This document shows, piece by piece, positions 31,086-40,030 of a stretch of DNA of 64,000 nt (positions within the stretch are counted from its first letter, which is position 1; every line of letters starts with the position of its first letter). The position numbers were made by a program, and so were the translations under genes. Below the pieces are notes generated by a model, which ran no database searches, was not told the DNA's origin, and saw nothing but the letters and a program-made list of their open reading frames with translations. The DNA is from Candidatus Kaiserbacteria bacterium (GTDB lineage Bacteria; Patescibacteriota; Minisyncoccia; Phycocordibacterales; UBA2100): contig JACPLC010000007.1 in assembly GCA_016186695.1 (NCBI GenBank), positions 11,928-75,927 on the forward strand, written 5' to 3'.

Positions 31086-31313
31086 ATCAGAGATTGCTCC
31101 GGCCACGAACCGGAGTCCTCCGAAGGAGGAGCGAGAGCCTAATCTGATGAGAGAAACGAGCGTCCAGCCCCAGTTTTGGATTGTGGAGTCTCCATCATTC
31201 AAAACTGGAGCTGGAAAACTAGGTGGAACCGCGGCTTGCCCCGAGCCGAGTGTCGAGGGGTTGGATCGCCCTAGTGAGTGTACGAACATCGTACCTTCAC
31301 TCGGGCGTTTTCT
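31086..31313 (+). ncRNA. T-box riboswitch leader (Thr)
   Basis: AACTAGGTGGAACCGCG at 31217-31233 pairs with CGCCCTAG (antiterminator), which overlaps terminator 31267-31311; lies upstream of thrS. Confidence 0.85.
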
Positions 31314-31322
31314 ATTTTCACC

Positions 31323-32567
31323 ATGAGCGAACAAGAACACAGCGCGAATCCGCGCGATCACAAGAAACTCGGGCGTGAACTCGATCTCTTCACCTTTTCC
31401 GAAACTGTCGGCAAAGGCCTGCCCCTCTTCACGGCCAAAGGTGCAGCGATCCGCCGCGAGCTCGAACGCTTCATCGTCGATGAGGAAATTCGCCGCGGCT
31501 ACCAGCACGTTCACACACCGGACATCGCGAAACTCGATCTCTACCGCAAGAGCGGCCACTACCCGCACTACAAGGAGTCGATGTATGCGCCTATCGTTAT
31601 CGACGACGAGGAATTCATGCTCCGTCCGATGACCTGCCCGCACCACTTCGAGCTGTATCTCGACAGACCACGCAGTTACCGCGAGCTCCCGATGCGCATC
31701 GCCGAACTTGCAAACCTCTACCGCTACGAGCAATCCGGCGAGCTGATGGGACTGCAGCGCGTGCGCACCTTCTGCCTCGCCGACGCGCATATCATCTGCG
31801 CCTCCGAGGAACAGGCTGCGGAAGAAATGGGAAAGGCACTCGACCTCATCGAATACGTCGCAGGCGTTTTTGGCCTCAAACAGGGCGAAGAGTACCGCTA
31901 CCGTCTCTCGCTCGGCGACAGAGCAAACACCGAGAAATATTACAAGAACGATGCCGCGTGGGAGAAAAGCGAGACACTCTTGCGCAAACTCATGAAAGAT
32001 CGCGGTGGCACATTCGAAGAGGCGAAGGATGAGGCGGCATTTTACGGGCCGAAGATCGACATCCAGATGAAAAACGTAAACGGGAAAGAAGATACGGCCT
32101 TCACGGTGCAGTACGACTTCTGCATGCCGGACCGCTTCGACCTCACCTACATCGCTCCCGACGGCACAAAGAAGCGCGCGTTCGTCATTCACCGCTCCTC
32201 GATCGGCGCAATCGAGCGCATCGTCGCTTTCCTCATTGAGCATTACGCCGGCATTTTCCCCCTCTGGCTCTCGCCCGTGCAGGCGAAGGTCCTTTCCGTC
32301 TCCGAGAAACACGCGCCGTATGCGAGCGAAATCGCAAAAGACCTGCGCGACGCGGGAATCAGAGTCGAGCTCGACGATTCGAACGAAACTCTCGGCAAGC
32401 GAATCAGGACTGCGAAAACCGAAAAGGTTCCCTACCTCCTCGTCGTCGGCGACGACGAAGTCGAGGGATATACTGCGACACTCGAGGGTCGCGAGGGCAA
32501 AGTGGGAACTTTTCCTGTTGCCGAAATAGTTGTTCGTCTTCAGGAAGAAATTCGAAATCGCTCATAA
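31323..32567 (+). CDS. thrS: Threonine--tRNA ligase, short form lacking TGS/editing domains
   Basis: Starts at RDHKKLGRELDLF; PMTCPHH, YRYE.SG, AAFYGPKID, IHRS. Confidence 0.97.
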   Translation: MSEQEHSANPRDHKKLGRELDLFTFSETVGKGLPLFTAKGAAIRRELERFIVDEEIRRGYQHVHTPDIAKLDLYRKSGHYPHYKESMYAPIVIDDEEFMLRPMTCPHHFELYLDRPRSYRELPMRIAELANLYRYEQSGELMGLQRVRTFCLADAHIICASEEQAAEEMGKALDLIEYVAGVFGLKQGEEYRYRLSLGDRANTEKYYKNDAAWEKSETLLRKLMKDRGGTFEEAKDEAAFYGPKIDIQMKNVNGKEDTAFTVQYDFCMPDRFDLTYIAPDGTKKRAFVIHRSSIGAIERIVAFLIEHYAGIFPLWLSPVQAKVLSVSEKHAPYASEIAKDLRDAGIRVELDDSNETLGKRIRTAKTEKVPYLLVVGDDEVEGYTATLEGREGKVGTFPVAEIVVRLQEEIRNRS

Positions 32568-32597
32568 CGAAAATCGCCCCGGAGGGCGATTTTCGTT
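32566..32597. terminator. Probable bidirectional terminator
   Basis: aacgaaaatcgccc-cgga-gggcgattttcgtt perfect inverted repeat between convergent genes. Confidence 0.8.
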
Positions 32598-32619
32598 CTT
32601 TGGAGCGAGGGCGGCGGCC

Positions 32620-34068
32620 TTAACTGCGACTCACGACGATTCGCGGAGCGTCGCCGTTGGACGAGCTCGCGAACGTCATCGAATCCTTCGGAGATACTTC
32701 GGTGCGAGCGACCGGAAGATTTTCGATCTCGCGTGCCATTCTTGTTTCCCGCATTTTCGTGCCTGAAAGCTGAAAGCTGGTAGCTGGTAGCTGACGGTTC
32801 GAGAACATCACCGGAGCCCTTTCTGCGCGCACCGGTACAATCCGACGACTGCCGACAAGCCCGATGGAGCTGGCGAACTTCGCTGCGCCGCCCCTGTAGT
32901 AGAGGATGAGGTACGCGCCTGAGAGTGCGAAGGCGAGAAGTCCGATCCAATAGATGGCATTGCCGAAGGTGCCGAGATCGAAGCCGGTGTACGGGATTTG
33001 CGAGAGCGATACGTACGGTGCCATGCCGCTCACGTTAACATACGTCGAGCACGTGCGCACGCCTCCGTAGCCATTGACCGTAAGCGTGTAGTTTGTGGTG
33101 GCATTCGGACGAACCGGCAGTGAGCCGTTCGAAGGCACTGCGCCGATCCCATCAGAGAGCCATGCGCTCGAGGCACCATAGCTCGTCCAGCTGAGGATTG
33201 CGGCCTGACCGTTCTGCACGTAGCTCGGAGACGCCGTGATGACACAGTAGAGACTCTGTTGCGGATAGATCGGTGCGGGAGGAACTACCGGCGAGTACGT
33301 GTACTGCACGAGGTACTGGGGTGTTGCCTGAGCGAGCTGAGTCGAGTTGAAGCTGCCGTTGATCGAGTTGTCGATGTTGTTGACATTCGTGTTGCAGCTG
33401 TTACCCACACACGTGTTGGTCGTGAGGTTGGAGGGATGTTGCTGTTGCTGCTGCTGCTGTTGCTGCTGCTGTGCGATTGGCCGCGGAGGCTGTTGAGGCG
33501 GATAGCTCGGAGGACGGCTCGGAGGATAGTTCGGCGATGTTACCGGCATCGCTATTGAAGGGAACGACGTCCTCGGAGTCGAGTAGCTTTGGCAGGTGAA
33601 ACAGCTCTGGGACGGATAGCTCTGCGCAAACCTATCCGACGAATAGTATCTCACTCCCTGCTCATCGATGTACGTGTCCGTAATCGTGTCGATGTAACCT
33701 TCTATGTCCGTATATCCGAGAGCAGCACTGTCGGCGGCATCGTAGTAGAAGGGCTGGTCGCTGCCGTCGTAGAAGAACGGTTGGTCAAAACCATCATAGA
33801 AAAACGCTTGATCGCTGCCATCGTAGAAGAACGGCTGGTCTGCACCATCATAGTAGAAGGGCTCATCGGCGCCGTCGTAGTAGAAGGGTTGGTCAGAACC
33901 ATCGTAGTAGAAGGGCTGGTCGCTACCGTCGTAGAAGAACGGAGCATCGCCTCCGTCGAAGAAAAACTCCTCGCCGTCAGCATTCGCGACAAGCGGATTC
34001 ACAGACAACACACACACGGTGGCCACTGCAAGGGTTAGCACAATATTACTTGTCAACTTCGAATACAT
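32620..34068 (-). CDS. Secreted surface protein with 9-aa repeats, poly-Q, Ig-like domain and IPYTG+TM
   Basis: Signal peptide, FYYDGxDQP repeats, LSW.S..A Ig-like segment, LSQIPYTG followed by TM. Confidence 0.85.
   Translation of the reverse strand: MYSKLTSNIVLTLAVATVCVLSVNPLVANADGEEFFFDGGDAPFFYDGSDQPFYYDGSDQPFYYDGADEPFYYDGADQPFFYDGSDQAFFYDGFDQPFFYDGSDQPFYYDAADSAALGYTDIEGYIDTITDTYIDEQGVRYYSSDRFAQSYPSQSCFTCQSYSTPRTSFPSIAMPVTSPNYPPSRPPSYPPQQPPRPIAQQQQQQQQQQQHPSNLTTNTCVGNSCNTNVNNIDNSINGSFNSTQLAQATPQYLVQYTYSPVVPPAPIYPQQSLYCVITASPSYVQNGQAAILSWTSYGASSAWLSDGIGAVPSNGSLPVRPNATTNYTLTVNGYGGVRTCSTYVNVSGMAPYVSLSQIPYTGFDLGTFGNAIYWIGLLAFALSGAYLILYYRGGAAKFASSIGLVGSRRIVPVRAERAPVMFSNRQLPATSFQLSGTKMRETRMAREIENLPVARTEVSPKDSMTFASSSNGDAPRIVVSRS
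33724..33966 (-). repeat. Nine 27-nt coding tandem repeats
   Basis: Units such as FFYDGSDQP, FYYDGADEP. Confidence 0.9.
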
Positions 34069-34243
34069 AATTGGAATATTCTACGTTCTACATAAACGGC
34101 TAATAAGGCGGCTACTATACTAGACAAAATTGCTTTGTCAAGAGCAGGACACAATCCGAGATCTACGACATTTTTTATAGAGAAGCGGCGGCAGTACCCG
34201 AAGGTACCACCGCCGAACTTCCGGCTTCATGCACTGTGCGTCA

Positions 34244-34915
34244 TCACGCCGCAGTGCAACCCGCGTTGCCCACCTCCTTCGGAGCGAGCGGGACCGTCTT
34301 GCTCCCGTCGAGCGTGACGAGGGCCGAGCGGTACACCCGCTTGCCGCCGACGCACCGACTGAAGTAGACGAGGGCCTGCTTGCCGGTCTTGGGCAGGATA
34401 TACGTCGCGCCGACGCCGGGCTTGTATCCGGCAAAGGTCGCAACATGCCCCTCCGCCTGGGAGACGCGCGCCTTGGCGTCACAGCTCTTGATCGACTCAG
34501 GCGTGATGCCCTCGCCGAAAAAGACCGAGCGCGCCATGTTCTTTTCGAGCAGGCCCGCGATGTCCTCGGCCGGACGAGTGATCGTCACGGCGATACACCC
34601 AGCCGGAACCGTGGTGGCTCTGGTGGGCTCGGGCGCCGTCCTCGTGGCGGGGGCTGCCCGCGGCGCGTCAGCGGAGCGCGTGTGACCAGAGGCCACACTG
34701 CCGCCAACGGCGGCAGAAACACCTCCGTTGGCTGCCCGCGACGCCTTGGCCGCGGCATCGTCGGGCGACGACCCAACGGTACCGGAAACCACGACGCCTT
34801 CGTTCACGCCGACGCCGACGCCCACCGCGCCACCCGTTTGGGCGGACGCCGTAGTGGTGATCAGGGCGAGTGCGGCGATTGACCCCGCCGCGAGGATTGC
34901 TGAGATGTGCTTAAT
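34244..34915 (-). CDS. Secreted hypothetical protein
   Basis: Signal peptide (I/M)KHISAILAAGSIAALALITTTASA, AAGGAG RBS; start ATT 34915 or GTG 34924. Confidence 0.6.
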   Translation of the reverse strand: MKHISAILAAGSIAALALITTTASAQTGGAVGVGVGVNEGVVVSGTVGSSPDDAAAKASRAANGGVSAAVGGSVASGHTRSADAPRAAPATRTAPEPTRATTVPAGCIAVTITRPAEDIAGLLEKNMARSVFFGEGITPESIKSCDAKARVSQAEGHVATFAGYKPGVGATYILPKTGKQALVYFSRCVGGKRVYRSALVTLDGSKTVPLAPKEVGNAGCTAA

Positions 34916-35202
34916 TGGAGTCACTCCTTTTTGAGACACCTCACGGAATGCGAGGGCTCTGTGTGAACGCATCACGACACGCGCACACAGAACCCTCGCA
35001 GATTTTATGAAGCGAGAAAGTGAAAGAACGTGGGCTTTACGAGCCCAGCCTTGCGTTTCGCGACAAAAGCGCGAGGCTGGACGCATAATCTACAAAAACG
35101 TGGAGAATGCCAAAATCGAGCAAAATTATATCACTCAATACTCGGTTGTCAAGGACGATATGTGGCTCTGGTAAGCCGCAATTCGTGCTACGATTTATGC
35201 TA

Positions 35203-36276
35203 ATGGACGGCAAAATGAGCCGGCGAAGTGCCCTGGGAGTCCTCGCTGGCGCGGCGTTATCGACAAAGCAAGTAGATCGAGCAGAAGCCCAAACGAACAA
35301 GCTCGATTTCTTGGGAAGTCCGCTCGAACAAAGCCAGCTCGAAACGCAAAAGCTCACGGCTGTAAAGGAACTCATCGAGGGCTTCTGGAAACAATCTAAA
35401 GCCCGAGAACATACCCTCGGCTCATATTTTGGTGGAACAAAGGACAGATCCGAAGTCACGCGTGCTTTAAGCGCGGAGTCGCGTATGTACATTCCCAGCA
35501 ACGAAAAACTCAAGGAGATACGTGACAAAAGCTACCCGTACCTCGTAGAGCTCGCGAAACAAATCCCCGAAAAAAAGTACGGCCTCTTCATCGAAGAAAG
35601 TGAGCAGGTGCTCTACGTTCTTCAGAATACGGGGAATAACAGGATTCAGTTCGTGAAAGCATATCCGGTTTCGGCGTCAAGAGAGGAGTGGAGCAACGCA
35701 CCCGGTTTGAAAGGAACACCGACTGGGTTACATCGTGTTGGTTTCGGACGCAAAGGGATGCTCGGAGAAGTTGTCTCGGGACGAAGAGACCGTTCGGCAT
35801 TATTTGTCGAGATTCGTGAGAAAAATGGACCTCGTCGCACATTCGTACGAAGCCTCACATCGGAAGGAGACCGCATTCCCGAAATCGTTACCGCTTCCCT
35901 TCTCATTGTAGGCCCCTCCACGCGGTCGACTCGCGGAATTTACATACATGGCACGAATCGGACTAATCGACTTGGGCGTCCGGACAGTGGGGGCTGTATT
36001 CGAATGTCGAACGTAGATGTCTACGATCTGCTCAACTATATTGAGATCGGAAAGTTGCAGACCGATGAAATCTCGGCACCCGGCGGAACCCCGGTCATGC
36101 TGCACAAGTGGCAAGATGCGCCAAAAACGCCAACGCAGAGCAAGAAAGAAAGTCCAACAGAAAAACCCGCGGCCAGACCCGAAGTACTGACGCCACAGGG
36201 AGAGAAAGAAAAAACTCCAAAAATAAGATCGAAAAAGGACGAAGATGTGATTTTTTTCAGGAGAGAAAAAGAATAG
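35203..36276 (+). CDS. L,D-transpeptidase (YkuD domain)
   Basis: YPVS, TPTG, IYIHGT, SGGCIRM; N-terminal SRRSAL. Confidence 0.88.
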   Translation: MDGKMSRRSALGVLAGAALSTKQVDRAEAQTNKLDFLGSPLEQSQLETQKLTAVKELIEGFWKQSKAREHTLGSYFGGTKDRSEVTRALSAESRMYIPSNEKLKEIRDKSYPYLVELAKQIPEKKYGLFIEESEQVLYVLQNTGNNRIQFVKAYPVSASREEWSNAPGLKGTPTGLHRVGFGRKGMLGEVVSGRRDRSALFVEIREKNGPRRTFVRSLTSEGDRIPEIVTASLLIVGPSTRSTRGIYIHGTNRTNRLGRPDSGGCIRMSNVDVYDLLNYIEIGKLQTDEISAPGGTPVMLHKWQDAPKTPTQSKKESPTEKPAARPEVLTPQGEKEKTPKIRSKKDEDVIFFRREKE

Positions 36277-36337
36277 TCATAAAAAAAGCCGGCGGTAGTC
36301 GTCGACTGCCGCCGTATTTAAATGCTGGTTTCGCCTA

Positions 36338-36784
36338 TTATCCTCTGCCCACCTGGGCGATAGGTTTCTGCGCGGCATTGTTGATCGCGAGAAAGCCCGA
36401 GAGGATACCGTCGATGATCGCACCAAGCCACGGTAGGATGAACCACCATTCGAGGGAGCCGGCATTCACAAGACGACCATGCCACTCCGTGAGAACGAGC
36501 GCGATCGCCAGGCTGCTGAAGTCGTCCCATTGGAGGTGGAAGACTTTGGTGTTGCGGTCCACCACCGTGATGATTTCGGCAAGCAGCCACACGAAGACGA
36601 CGCCGCCGGAAATCACTAGTGCGAGCCAGAGACCGTTGGTCGTTGGCATGGTAACCGGCGAGCCGAGCACCGGGATGAGCCACCCGATACCGATCATCAT
36701 GAGCGGTACGGCAGGCCGAAAGATACCGATGATGCGCAACCCTCTTTTCATTGGGTGCATAGAACGCTGTCCGAAGTCGTTCAT
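36338..36784 (-). CDS. Membrane protein (about 4 TM)
   Basis: GGAG RBS before ATG 36784; hydrophobic segments. Confidence 0.65.
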   Translation of the reverse strand: MNDFGQRSMHPMKRGLRIIGIFRPAVPLMMIGIGWLIPVLGSPVTMPTTNGLWLALVISGGVVFVWLLAEIITVVDRNTKVFHLQWDDFSSLAIALVLTEWHGRLVNAGSLEWWFILPWLGAIIDGILSGFLAINNAAQKPIAQVGRG

Positions 36785-36932
36785 TTCGAGTCTCCAAGAA
36801 CAAACCCGCAGGACATGATGCCCAAGGGCGTGCCGCATCTGTACCACGCTTTGCATGAAAATCAAAAGAAAACAGCGCGCAGGTCCCGAAGGAATCTCTG
36901 CGCGCCGATTGCGCTCCGGCATCCAGGTGCCG

Positions 36933-37259
36933 TCAGTCGTAGACGCGGATGCGAAAGTAGGTGCGGGTGCGTTCATGGATGTGAATCCAACGACCCGACT
37001 TTTCGATGGTGACCGTACTGACACCGAAGCTTTGGTTGCCCCTGTATCCGCCGTTGTAACCCCCACCGTATCCGTAGCCACCCCCATAGGGGCCGCGATC
37101 GCAGTACCGGCCGCAATCGCGACCGCACACGCCGCCGTCCGAGGTGCAGACGCACGGACAATACGCCCGGCGCCCGCCCGCATCGGCTGGTGACGGCAAC
37201 ACCGTCACGCTGATGCCCGCCACCATCGTGGCGGCAAGAAAGATCGAACTCTTTTTCAT
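36933..37259 (-). CDS. Small secreted Cys- and Gly/Tyr-rich protein
   Basis: GGAGG RBS, signal peptide ending ADA, six Cys, GGGYGYGGGY. Confidence 0.7.
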   Translation of the reverse strand: MKKSSIFLAATMVAGISVTVLPSPADAGGRRAYCPCVCTSDGGVCGRDCGRYCDRGPYGGGYGYGGGYNGGYRGNQSFGVSTVTIEKSGRWIHIHERTRTYFRIRVYD

Positions 37260-37358
37260 TTCATCCTCCGGAGTTGCAGAACGACCCGCTGAAAACCTTT
37301 CGGCCTCATGCGAGTCCGAATGCAGTTTCCATTGCATTCGGCCTCTCACGAGTGCGAC

Positions 37359-37958
37359 TTAGTGACTGCCGGCGACGCCGTAGCCAATCGGCGCTTCGTG
37401 GCCGATCGGTGCCGCATAGCCGATGTTGATGGGTTTGCCGATCGAGACTGCGTAGCCGATATCTATCGGTGTGCCGATTTCAATCGGACTTCCGATTTCT
37501 GCCGCGTAGCCGATGGGTGCCGCATAGCCAATCGGCACTGCATAGCCGATTGTTATGGGAGATCCGACCGGTGCGGCATAGCCGATGGAAATGGGAAATC
37601 CTATGGTCATGGGAAACCCGCTCGGCGATGCATGACTTCCCCGCACACCGATGCCGCCCTGCACTCCGTAACCACCTTGCACTCCATACCCGCCGGCAAC
37701 ACCGTATCCGCCCGATACACCGGACCCACCTGATTCTCCGTTGCCTCCGGAGGCGCCATAACTACCCAATTCTCCATGGCTGCCAAGCGCACCATAACCG
37801 GAGAGCAGCGGAGAGCCCGACACACTTCCAAGTGTGACGGGCAGGCCGCTGTAGCCGGGATATCCCGGATACTCGATGCACCCGTCGTCACACGCTGATG
37901 CCGCTGCCGGAACAGCGAGAACAATGACGCTGAGTATGCTAGCGATTTTCTTTGTCAT
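37359..37958 (-). CDS. Secreted hexapeptide-repeat protein
   Basis: Signal peptide; GGYGVQ-type then GYAAPI-type repeats. Confidence 0.8.
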   Translation of the reverse strand: MTKKIASILSVIVLAVPAAASACDDGCIEYPGYPGYSGLPVTLGSVSGSPLLSGYGALGSHGELGSYGASGGNGESGGSGVSGGYGVAGGYGVQGGYGVQGGIGVRGSHASPSGFPMTIGFPISIGYAAPVGSPITIGYAVPIGYAAPIGYAAEIGSPIEIGTPIDIGYAVSIGKPINIGYAAPIGHEAPIGYGVAGSH

Positions 37959-37960
37959 AC

Positions 37961-38659
37961 CTAGATAACCGCGACGAAGTCGGCTTCAAGAATGAAGCGC
38001 GCGCTTTTACCGGTGAGTGTGTCGCAGGTGACGAGTGTGAGCTTCTTTCCGAGCGTCGGCGAAAGATCGACGATGCCTTCCGCCACGTCCACTTTGGTGA
38101 GCGAAGTAACCGTATAGAGATACGTGTGCCCGTCGCCCTCGAGCGTTATCGAATCCCCCGCTTTAAGCTCCGGCACGCGGTTGAATGCTTTGTACATCCG
38201 GTTCTTCACGATAGGAAGGTGCGAAGTGTGTGCGAAGATGAGAACGTTTCCTTTCTCGCCGAGACGCGCGGAATCAACATAGCGCACCGGTCCGTCTTTT
38301 AGGTACTCATCCAGAGTCGCTATGTCGCGCGTCTCCGGATTCTGAACTGGGAGATCGAGATCGATTTCGGGAATCACAATCTGTTCTGGAAGAACGGACT
38401 GTGAGCTGTCAGCTGTCAGCTGAAAGCTGTTAGCTGGAGCGGGACCGAGCTCGGGAAGGCTCGAGAGTGCAACGGTTTCGGGGCCGCCTCCGCGAGCAAA
38501 TACTGCCGGAGACACGGCTTCGGCAGTGCATTCGGTTCCGTCGACGTAGCACGGCACAAAGCCGACTGACTCTGCCGCCGAAAGCGAAAGGAAAAAGATG
38601 ACGATGGTCGTCGCGACGAATACCGGCTTGGGTGGTTTTTGCGCTTGGTTTGAAGCCAT
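37961..38659 (-). CDS. Sortase
   Basis: N-terminal TM, IVIPEI, GNVLIFAH, LTLVTC...R. Confidence 0.92.
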   Translation of the reverse strand: MASNQAQKPPKPVFVATTIVIFFLSLSAAESVGFVPCYVDGTECTAEAVSPAVFARGGGPETVALSSLPELGPAPANSFQLTADSSQSVLPEQIVIPEIDLDLPVQNPETRDIATLDEYLKDGPVRYVDSARLGEKGNVLIFAHTSHLPIVKNRMYKAFNRVPELKAGDSITLEGDGHTYLYTVTSLTKVDVAEGIVDLSPTLGKKLTLVTCDTLTGKSARFILEADFVAVI

Positions 38660-38857
38660 ATTGAGGGCGCTACAATACCCTAACATTTAGTCTTTGTCAA
38701 TCCCTTTTCCCCTTAGCGAGGGTAGCAGCATTGCCGCATTGAGGACTTGTTCGAAGCTGCCGCTAGGCAGCAAGCCCCGCAGATGCGGCAATGCTGCTAC
38801 CCGAGCCCACACACTCTTGACAAGTCGTAAATGTGTAGTAGGATTGCGCTCACTTAT

Positions 38858-40030
38858 ATGGCAGACGCCTCTCAAAGCGCTCCCCGCACGCAGTACGTGC
38901 CTGAGGAGCCAAAACCGAGCCTCGCATCGAACATCCTTGCGATCGTCGGCTTCATCATACTCATCGTCGTAGTCATCTGGGGACTCGTAAACCTTGCCGG
39001 CATCTCCCGCGGCTGGTTCTCTTCCCTCTTTGGTGGAAGCGATGCCGCGATAGAAGTAACTGCGCCCGAAAGCGCAATCTCGGGAACATCCTTCACGCTC
39101 TCGTGGAAGTATGACGAGCCGGTAACCGGAACGTACGCATTTCTGTATCAATGCGAGAGTGGTCTTAGCTTCCAAACACCAGGAATCGCCGGCATGGTGG
39201 GCATTCCGTGCGGCGCTGCGTTTACGATTGCGCGTACAGAGAAGAATCTTTCTCTCACGCCGTATCTCTCCGGCAACGACTCACTCGACGTTCCCCTTTC
39301 CATTATCTTCATGCCAAGTGCCACGGGCACGCGGGCACAGGGAAGCGCTACGGTGCGCATCTCTCCGATCCTCACTACGACGCCTGCTCCCACACCTGCG
39401 CCGACGCCAGCTCCTACTCCTGCTCCAGAGCCGACACCTGCACCTGTTCCGGCTCCTGCGCCTGCACCTACGTCTCCCGCAGATCTCTCGGTCCGCATCA
39501 TCTCGGTAACGGTTGACGCGGGCGGAAACGGCGTCGCGACATTCGACATCTCAAACGTCGGCGGTACCTCGAGTGGCACGTACTACTTCAGCGCAACGCT
39601 CCCCACACAGTCGGGCTCCCCCTACGCGCAAGGCTACGGCGGGACGCAGTACACCTACACATCGCTTGCACAAAGCCCGCTCGCGCCACAAGCACACATT
39701 GTCTCGACGCTCCGCTTCTCGCAAGCGCGCGGCGGAACATTCAGCGTCTCGATCACGACACCGGATTCAAACGCCGGCAACAACTACGCTTCGCAGATCG
39801 TGAGCGCACCATACGTGAACTACTCCCCCTACACACCGAGCTACGGCGGGACGCAGTACGATTCGTACAACTACCCGTACAACTACGGGAACACGTACCA
39901 ATACTCCCAGCCCCAGTACCAAATGTATCCGTACACGTATCAATACCAATCTGGCTTCGCGCCCGGCTACAGCGGTCAGTACTACTCCCAGCAAAATCCG
40001 TACTCGACGTACTATCCGTACGCGTACTAA
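38858..40030 (+). CDS. Membrane-anchored surface protein (PT/PA linker, CARDB-like Ig domain, Tyr-rich tail)
   Basis: N-terminal TM, PAPTPAP repeats, ADLSVRI..F.ISNVGG..DSNAGNN; divergent from sortase. Confidence 0.8.
   Translation: MADASQSAPRTQYVPEEPKPSLASNILAIVGFIILIVVVIWGLVNLAGISRGWFSSLFGGSDAAIEVTAPESAISGTSFTLSWKYDEPVTGTYAFLYQCESGLSFQTPGIAGMVGIPCGAAFTIARTEKNLSLTPYLSGNDSLDVPLSIIFMPSATGTRAQGSATVRISPILTTTPAPTPAPTPAPTPAPEPTPAPVPAPAPAPTSPADLSVRIISVTVDAGGNGVATFDISNVGGTSSGTYYFSATLPTQSGSPYAQGYGGTQYTYTSLAQSPLAPQAHIVSTLRFSQARGGTFSVSITTPDSNAGNNYASQIVSAPYVNYSPYTPSYGGTQYDSYNYPYNYGNTYQYSQPQYQMYPYTYQYQSGFAPGYSGQYYSQQNPYSTYYPYAY

Noticed and set aside
33724-33966. 27-nt repeats as a CRISPR array
   Set aside because: Contiguous, no spacers, vary at synonymous positions; coding repeats
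39615-39859. Diversity-generating retroelement TR/VR pair
   Set aside because: Too short, differences not adenine-specific, no reverse transcriptase in the window
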